From contig LSRY02000098.1 of NCBI GenBank assembly GCA_001643675.2, forward strand, positions 1 to 15,135: DNA of 15,135 nt, written 5' to 3'. The translations under genes and the position numbers were made by a program. A model generated the notes under the pieces. That model was not told the DNA's origin. It ran no database searches and was given only the letters and a program-made list of their open reading frames with translations. Positions 1 to 8,108 of the stretch are shown one piece after another. This DNA comes from Monocercomonoides exilis PA203. Its lineage: Eukaryota > Protista > Preaxostyla. Numbering within the stretch: position 1 is the first letter of the stretch; the number at the start of each line of letters is the position of its first letter.

Positions 1-3000
1 GCAGGCCACACCACTCACCGCGCCCTCCCGCCCCGCAAAAAAAAAAACAAAGAAAATTCGGTTAATAAGGAAATTGACTGGAAAAGGCCTAGGGCAGCGC
101 GCAGCGCGTTCCTTCCGGCTCGTCGAGAGTGGGGAGCGCCTTGCAACGCTCTCCCATCACACTCTCTTGCATTGTCACATCACTTGGTGAAGTTTTGAGA
201 AATATTTCATTGATATTTTTGGGTGGGAAGGCTTTTCCCTCTGAGAAGGCCCTCTCACCCGAAATATCACTCAACACCAATTATTCTCAATACTTCTTTT
301 TCGACAAAAATTACAAAATTTGTGTAAATAGCCCCCTGGCTCCTGTGGCCTGCTGTGCAGGCCACACTCACCGCGCCCTCCCCGCCCCGCAAAAAAAAAA
401 AACAAAGAAAATTCGGTTAATAAGGGAAATTGACTGGAAAAGGCCTAGGGCAGCGCGCAGCGTTCCTTCCGGCTCGTCGAGAGTGGGGAGCGCCTTGCAA
501 CGCTCTCCCATCACACTCTCTTGCATTGTCACATCACTTGGTGAAGTTTTGAGAAATATTTCATTGATATTTTTGGGTGGGAAGGCTTTTTCCCTCTGAG
601 AAGGCCCTCTCACCCGAAATATCACTCAACACCAATTATTCTCAATACTTCTTTTTCGACAAAAATTACAAAATTTGTGTAAATAGCCCCCTGGCTCCTG
701 TGGCCTGCTGTGCAGGCCACACCACTCACCGCGCCCTCCCCGCCCCGCAAAAAAAAACAAAGAAAATTCGGTTAATAAGGGAAATTGACTGGAAAAGGCC
801 TAGGGCAGCGCGCAGCGTTCCTTCCGGCTCGTCGAGAGTGGGGAGCGCCTTGCAACGCTCTCCCATCACACTCTCTTGCATTGTCACATCACTTGGTGAA
901 GTTTTGAGAAATATTTCATTGATATTTTTGGGTGGGAAGGCTTTTTCCCTCTGAGAAGGCCCTCTCACCCGAAATATCACTCAACACCAATTATTCTCAA
1001 TACTTCTTTTTCGACAAAAATTACAAAATTTGTGTAAATAGCCCCCTGGCTCCTGTGGCCTGCTGTGCAGGCCACACCACTCACCGCGCCCTCCCCGCCC
1101 CGCAAAAAAAAAACAAAGAAAATTCGGTTAATAAGGGAAATTGACTGGAAAAGGCCTAGGGCAGCGCGCAGCGTTCCTTCCGGCTCGTCGAGAGTGGGGA
1201 GCGCCTTGCAACGCTCTCCCATCACACTCTCTTGCATTGTCACATCACTTGGTGAAGTTTTGAGAAATATTTCATTGATATTTTTGGGTGGGAAGGCTTT
1301 TCCCTCTGAGAAGGCCCTCTCACCCGAAATATCACTCAACACCAATTATTCTCAATACTTCTTTTTCGACAAAAATTACAAAATTTGTGTAAATAGCCCC
1401 CTGGCTCCTGTGGCCTGCTGTGCAGGCCACACCACTCACCGCGCCCTCCCCGCCCCGCAAAAAAAAAACAAAGAAAATTCGGTTAATAAGGGAAATTGAC
1501 TGGAAAAGGCCTAGGGCAGCGCGCAGCGCGTTCCTTCCGGCTCGTCGAGAGTGGGGAGCGCCTTGCAACGCTCTCCCATCACACTCTCTTGCATTGTCAC
1601 ATCACTTGGTGAAGTTTTGAGAAATATTTCATTGATATTTTTGGGTGGGAAGGCTTTTTCCCTCTGAGAAGGCCCTCTCACCCGAAATATCACTCAACAC
1701 CAATTATTCTCAATACTTCTTTTTCGACAAAAATTACAAAATTTGTGTAAATAGCCCCCTGGCTCCTGTGGCCTGCTGTGCAGGCCACACCACTCACCGC
1801 GCCCTCCCCGCCCCGCAAAAAAAAAACAAAGAAAATTCGGTTAATAAGGGAAATTGACTGGAAAAGGCCTAGGGCAGCGCGCAGCGCGTTCCTTCCGGCT
1901 CGTCGAGTGGGGAGCGCCTTGCAACGCTCTCCCATCACACTCTCTTGCATTGTCACATCACTTGGTGAAGTTTTGAGAAATATTTCATTGATATTTTTGG
2001 GTGGGAAGGCTTTTTCCCTCTGAGAAGGCCCTCTCACCCGAAATATCACTCAACACCAATTATTCTCAATACTTCTTTTTCGACAAAAATTACAAAATTT
2101 GTGTAAATAGCCCCCTGGCTCCTGTGGCCTGCTGTGCAGGCCACACCACTCACCGCGCCCTCCCCGCCCCGCAAAAAAAAACAAAGAAAATTCGGTTAAT
2201 AAGGAAATTGACTGGAAAAGGCCTAGGGCAGCGCGCAGCGTTCCTTCCGGCTCGTCGAGTGGGGAGCGCCTTGCAACGCTCTCCCATCACACTCTCTTGC
2301 ATTGTCACATCACTTGGTGAAGTTTTGAGAAATATTTCATTGATATTTTTGGGTGGGAAGGCTTTTCCCTCTGAGAAGGCCCTCTCACCCGAAATATCAC
2401 TCAACACCAATTATTCTCAATACTTCTTTTTCGACAAAAATTACAAAATTTGTGTAAATAGCCCCCTGGCTCCTGTGGCCTGCTGTGCAGGCCACACCAC
2501 TCACCGCGCCCTCCCCGCCCCGCAAAAAAAAACAAAGAAAATTCGGTTAATAAGGAAATTGACTGGAAAAGGCCTAGGGCAGCGCGCAGCGCGTTCCTTC
2601 CGGCTCGTCGAGTGGGGAGCGCCTTGCAACGCTCTCCCATCACACTCTCTTGCATTGTCACATCACTTGGTGAAGTTTTGAGAAATATTTCATTGATATT
2701 TTTGGGTGGGAAGGCTTTTTCCCTCTGAGAAGGCCCTCTCACCCGAAATATCACTCAACACCAATTATTCTCAATACTTCTTTTTCGACAAAAATTACAA
2801 AATTTGTGTAAATAGCCCCCTGGCTCCTGTGGCCTGCTGTGCAGGCCACACCACTCACCGCGCCCTCCCCGCCCCGCAAAAAAAAAAACAAAGAAAATTC
2901 GGTTAATAAGGAAATTGACTGGAAAAGGCCTAGGGCAGCGCGCAGCGCGTTCCTTCCGGCTCGTCGAGAGTGGGGAGCGCCTTGCAACGCTCTCCCATCA

Positions 3001-6000
3001 CACTCTCTTGCATTGTCACATCACTTGGTGAAGTTTTGAGAAATATTTCATTGATATTTTTGGGTGGGAAGGCTTTTCCCTCTGAGAAGGCCCTCTCACC
3101 CGAAATATCACTCAACACCAATTATTCTCAATACTTCTTTTTCGACAAAAATTACAAAATTTGTGTAAATAGCCCCCTGGCTCCTGTGGCCTGCTGTGCA
3201 GGCCACACCACTCACCGCGCCCTCCCCGCCCCGCAAAAAAAAACAAAAGAAAATTCGGTTAATAAGGAAATTGACTGGAAAAGGCCTAGGGCAGCGCGCA
3301 GCGCGTTCCTTCCGGCTCGTCGAGAGTGGGGAGCGCCTTGCAACGCTCTCCCATCACACTCTCTTGCATTGTCACATCACTTGGTGAAGTTTTGAGAAAT
3401 ATTTCATTGATATTTTTGGGTGGGAAGGCTTTTCCCTCTGAGAAGGCCCTCTCACCCGAAATATCACTCAACACCAATTATTCTCAATACTTCTTTTTCG
3501 ACAAAAATTACAAAATTTGTGTAAATAGCCCCCTGGCTCCTGTGGCCTGCTGTGCAGGCCACACCACTCACCGCGCCCTCCCCGCCCCGCAAAAAAAAAC
3601 AAAGAAAATTCGGTTAATAAGGAAATTGACTGGAAAAGGCCTAGGGCAGCGCGCAGCGTTCCTTCCGGCTCGTCGAGAGTGGGGAGCGCCTTGCAACGCT
3701 CTCCCATCACACTCTCTTGCATTGTCACATCACTTGGTGAAGTTTTGAGAAATATTTCATTGATATTTTTGGGTGGGAAGGCTTTTTCCCTCTGAGAAGG
3801 CCCTCTCACCCGAAATATCACTCAACACCAATTATTCTCAATACTTCTTTTTCGACAAAAATTACAAAATTTGTGTAAATAGCCCCCTGGCTCCTGTGGC
3901 CTGCTGTGCAGGCCACACCACTCACCGCGCCCTCCCCGCCCCGCAAAAAAAAACAAAGAAAATTCGGTTAATAAGGAAATTGACTGGAAAAGGCCTAGGG
4001 CAGCGCGCAGCGCGTTCCTTCCGGCTCGTCGAGAGTGGGGAGCGCCTTGCAACGCTCTCCCATCACACTCTCTTGCATTGTCACATCACTTGGTGAAGTT
4101 TTGAGAAATATTTCATTGATATTTTTGGGTGGGAAGGCTTTTTCCCTCTGAGAAGGCCCTCTCACCCGAAATATCACTCAACACCAATTATTCTCAATAC
4201 TTCTTTTTCGACAAAAATTACAAAATTTGTGTAAATAGCCCCCTGGCTCCTGTGGCCTGCTGTGCAGGCCACACCACTCACCGCGCCCTCCCCGCCCCGC
4301 AAAAAAAAACAAAGAAAATTCGGTTAATAAGGAAATTGACTGGAAAAGGCCTAGGGCAGCGCGCAGCGTTCCTTCCGGCTCGTCGAGAGTGGGGAGCGCC
4401 TTGCAACGCTCTCCCATCACACTCTCTTGCATTGTCACATCACTTGGTGAAGTTTTGAGAAATATTTCATTGATATTTTTGGGTGGGAAGGCTTTTTCCC
4501 TCTGAGAAGGCCCTCTCACCCGAAATATCACTCAACACCAATTATTCTCAATACTTCTTTTTCGACAAAAATTACAAAATTTGTGTAAATAGCCCCCTGG
4601 CTCCTGTGGCCTGCTGTGCAGGCCACACCACCCACCGCGCCCTCCCCGCCCCGCAAAAAAAAAACAAAGAAAATTCGGTTAATAAGGGAAATTGACTGGA
4701 AAAGGCCTAGGGCAGCGCGCAGCGCGTTCCTTCCGGCTCGTCGAGAGTGGGGAGCGCCTTGCAACGCTCTCCCATCACACTCTCTTGCATTGTCACATCA
4801 CTTGGTGAAGTTTTGAGAAATATTTCATTGATATTTTTGGGTGGGAAGGCTTTTTCCCCTGAGAAGGCCCTCTCACCCGAAATATCACTCAACACCAATT
4901 ATTCTCAATACTTCTTTTTCGACAAAAATTACAAAATTTGTGTAAATAGCCCCCTGGCTCCTGTGGCCTGCTGTGCAGGCCACACCACTCACCGCGCCCT
5001 CCCCGCCCCGCAAAAAAAAAAAACAAAGAAAATTCGGTTAATAAGGGAAATTGACTGGAAAAGGCCTAGGGCAGCGCGCAGCGCGTTCCTTCCGGCTCGT
5101 CGAGAGTGGGGAGCGCCTTGCAACGCTCTCCCATCACACTCTCTTGCATTGTCACATCACTTGGTGAAGTTTTGAGAAATATTTCATTGATATTTTTGGG
5201 TGGGAAGGCTTTTTCCCTCTGAGAAGGCCCTCTCACCCGAAATATCACTCAACACCAATTATTCTCAATACTTCTTTTTCGACAAAAATTACAAAATTTG
5301 TGTAAATAGCCCCCTGGCTCCTGTGGCCTGCTGTGCAGGCCACACCACTCACCGCGCCCTCCCCGCCCCGCAAAAAAAAAACAAAGAAAATTCGGTTAAT
5401 AAGGGAAATTGACTGGAAAAGGCCTAGGGCAGCGCGCAGCGCGTTCCTTCCGGCTCGTCGAGAGTGGGGAGCGCCTTGCAACGCTCTCCCATCACACTCT
5501 CTTGCATTGTCACATCACTTGGTGAAGTTTTGAGAAATATTTCATTGATATTTTTGGGTGGGAAGGCTTTTTCCCTCTGAGAAGGCCCTCTCACCCGAAA
5601 TATCACTCAACACCAATTATTCTCAATACTTCTTTTTCGACAAAAATTACAAAATTTGTGTAAATAGCCCCCTGGCTCCTGTGGCCTGCTGTGCAGGCCA
5701 CACCACTCACCGCGCCCTCCCCGCCCCGCAAAAAAAAAAACAAAGAAAATTCGGTTAATAAGGGAAATTGACTGGAAAAGGCCTAGGGCAGCGCGCAGCG
5801 CGTTCCTTCCGGCTCGGAGAGCATGGGGAGCGCCTTGCAACGCTCTCCCATCACACTCTCTTGCATTGTCACATCACTTGGTGAAGTTTTGAGAAATATT
5901 TCATTGATATTTTTGGGTGGGAAGGCTTTTTCCCTCTGAGAAGGCCCTCTCACCCGAAATATCACTCAACACCAATTATTCTCAATACTTCTTTTTCGAC

Positions 6001-6725
6001 AAAAATTACAAAATTTGTGTAAATAGCCCCCTGGCTCCTGTGGCCTGCTGTGCAGGCCACACCACTCACCGCGCCCTCCCCGCCCCGCAAAAAAAAACAA
6101 AGAAAATTCGGTTAATAAGGGAAATTGACTGGAAAAGGCCTAGGGCAGCGCGCAGCGCGTTCCTTCCGGCTCGTCGAGAGTGGGGAGCGCCTTGCAACGC
6201 TCTCCCATCACACTCTCTTGCATTGTCACATCACTTGGTGAAGTTTTGAGAAATATTTCATTGATATTTTTGGGTGGGAAGGCTTTTCCCTCTGAGAAGG
6301 CCCTCTCACCCGAAATATCACTCAACACCAATTATTCTCAATACTTCTTTTCGACAAAAATTACAAAATTTGTGTAAATAGCCCCCTGGCTCCTGTGGCC
6401 TGCTGTGCAGGCCACACCACTCACCGCGCCCTCCCCGCCCCGCAAAAAAAAAAACAAAGAAAATTCGGTTAATAAGGGAAATTGACTGGAAAAGGCCTAG
6501 GGCAGCGCGCAGCGTTCCTTCCGGCTCGTCGAGAGTGGGGAGCGCCTTGCAACGCTCTCCCATCACACTCTCTTGCATTGTCACATCACTTGGTGAAGTT
6601 TTGAGAAATATTTCATTGATATTTTTGGGTGGGAAGGCTTTTCCCTCTGAGAAGGCCCTCTCACCCGAAATATCACTCAACACCAATTATTCTCAATACT
6701 TCTTTTCGACAAAAATTACAAAATT
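1..6725. repeat. Subtelomeric tandem array, ~356-bp unit, ~19 copies (left end runs off the window, last copy truncated at the telomere junction)
   Basis: The unit start GCAGGCCACA(CCA)C recurs 19 times, at 1, 357, 712, 1067, 1422, 1780 ... 6052 and 6407 (mean period ~356 bp). Copies differ almost only by homopolymer or dinucleotide indels. The last copy stops at ...TTACAAAATT (6725), where other copies continue TGTGTAAAT. Confidence 0.98.
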
Positions 6726-6773
6726 AGGTTAGGGTTAGGGTTAGGGTTAGGTTAGGTTAGGTTAGGGTTAGGG
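6724..6773 (+). repeat. Short internal telomeric tract (9 units: 5 TTAGGG + 4 TTAGG)
   Basis: Read directly as TTAGG (TTAGGG)3 (TTAGG)3 (TTAGGG)2, in the same orientation as the terminal telomere. Confidence 0.97.
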
Positions 6774-6814
6774 GACCAACTGTGCATTATGGGAGATATG
6801 AAGGTTGATGTATT

Positions 6815-6991
6815 TTGTCAACTGACAATTATGCATACTTTTAGTATCAAAAATTTGGATTTTCTAGTAGCTAACCACAAAAGTTCAACTTTTGTAGGAG
6901 GTCCTAGGAAAAGTGTATTTTTCTGTGTTTTGATACCAAAAGTGTTATATTATTTTAGAAAGTCAAGGTTGCTTATTGATTGTTTGCAACC
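6815..6991. other. Cluster of inverted repeats at the element's left end
   Basis: TTGTCA-AC-TGACAA (6815-6828). ACTTTTAGTATCAAAA (6837-6852) with TTTTGATACCAAAAGT (6928-6943), 15/16 complementary. Nested perfect ACAAAAGTT-C-AACTTTTGT (6877-6895). GGTTGC (6967-6972) with GCAACC (6986-6991). Confidence 0.75.
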
Positions 6992-8108
6992 ATTAAAGTG
7001 ATATAAAGAAGTTCATATAGCATCAGGATCAAACTAACCATGGAATTTTGCCTTTATTTCAAATCATTAAATGAGTGAAAATACGTGTATTTTGTGGGTC
7101 ATCAATGTTGTTGCAACCAAACAATTTCAATGTTATTATTCATTTGTCATGACGAAATGAATGATTGTTTGTAAGAGTGATAATTGAATCAACAGAACCT
7201 TTGAATATCATTCAGTCAAACTTTGTGATTTTTTAGTGAAAATGACTGATGTTGTTTGAAACGAAAAATGTTTTGCAACCCAAGAAAAGATGATTGATGA
7301 TGTTTATACTGGTAATATTTTGACTTTGGAAGAAAATGAAGCCCAATTATATCGTAGGCATATCAGTTTTTAATATGTTTGTGAGTTTTATTTCATCGAG
7401 AACCATTAAAATTCTATCAGTTTATTGAACATTTGTTATGTTGGCTGAAATCAATAGAAATATTGAAATCAAAATATTTGAGACATATTTCTAAATAACC
7501 TCCAAATATTCCTTCTATCTTTTCGAAGTTTTGTTAATAGTTATTATACTCATTGGAAAAATAGAATTAGTGAAACCTAAGAATATAACTATTTTGAATA
7601 TCATTGTGACAAAAATTTTCATAATTGAGTGAATTTTGTCATCCGAACCTTTGAAAATTTCTGAATATGAATGTGAACGGAGATTTTTTTTTCAAGTTAA
7701 TTATTTATTTGAAAAGTTTTTTTTGAAGAAAAAGCAACCCAAGAAAACATGCAATTTGTTCGAAAAAAAGAATTTAATTAATTTGGATTATTTATTTTCA
7801 TCTGAAAATTTATGAAAAATATCAATGCGTTATTGAAAAACATTCAATAAACCTCAATAAAATCGAATAATATCAAGAGTGAAAAATATCAAAAATATTG
7901 GTCGTTTGATGAAAGATTAACATCAATTTCATCTGACCTTTGATATTTCTTTCTAAATAAAAAAGATAAAAAACAAAAAGAAATAAAAAGGTAATTAACT
8001 GGGTATAACTTGGCGAAGCCAAATAAAAATACAATATTTCGGAAAACAATGACTATATAGAAAAAATCAAAAACCAATAAAAATTCAAATCAAAAGGTAA
8101 TAAAAAGT

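Noticed and set aside
1-130. 5S rRNA resemblance (GGCCACACCAC...CGCGCCC)
   Set aside because: Only the first ~20 nt resemble a 5S 5' end. A poly-A run follows, the internal A/C boxes are missing, and there is no closing helix I or T-run at +120.
238-270. Hammerhead ribozyme core (CTGAGAAG...CGAAA)
   Set aside because: The core is CUGAGAA rather than CUGANGA, and no proper stem II forms between the two motifs.
368-390. G-quadruplex or GC-box in each unit (minus strand GGGGCGGGGAGGGCGCGG)
   Set aside because: It has only three runs of three or more Gs plus a GG, and there is no independent support for function.
1-6725. CRISPR array or tRNA array
   Set aside because: Whole units are near-identical with no unique spacers, and no cloverleaf or T-loop GTTC(G/A)A motif was seen.
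89-6732. Dozens of 60-226 aa ORFs on both strands in the tandem array
   Set aside because: They are the same repeat translated repeatedly. Frames shift between copies with homopolymer indels, and no domain is recognisable.
6789-8077. Small ORFs 6789-7001 (+) and 7889-8077 (-)
   Set aside because: They are short, composition-driven ORFs in AT-rich DNA with no recognisable features. Spliced exons cannot be fully excluded.
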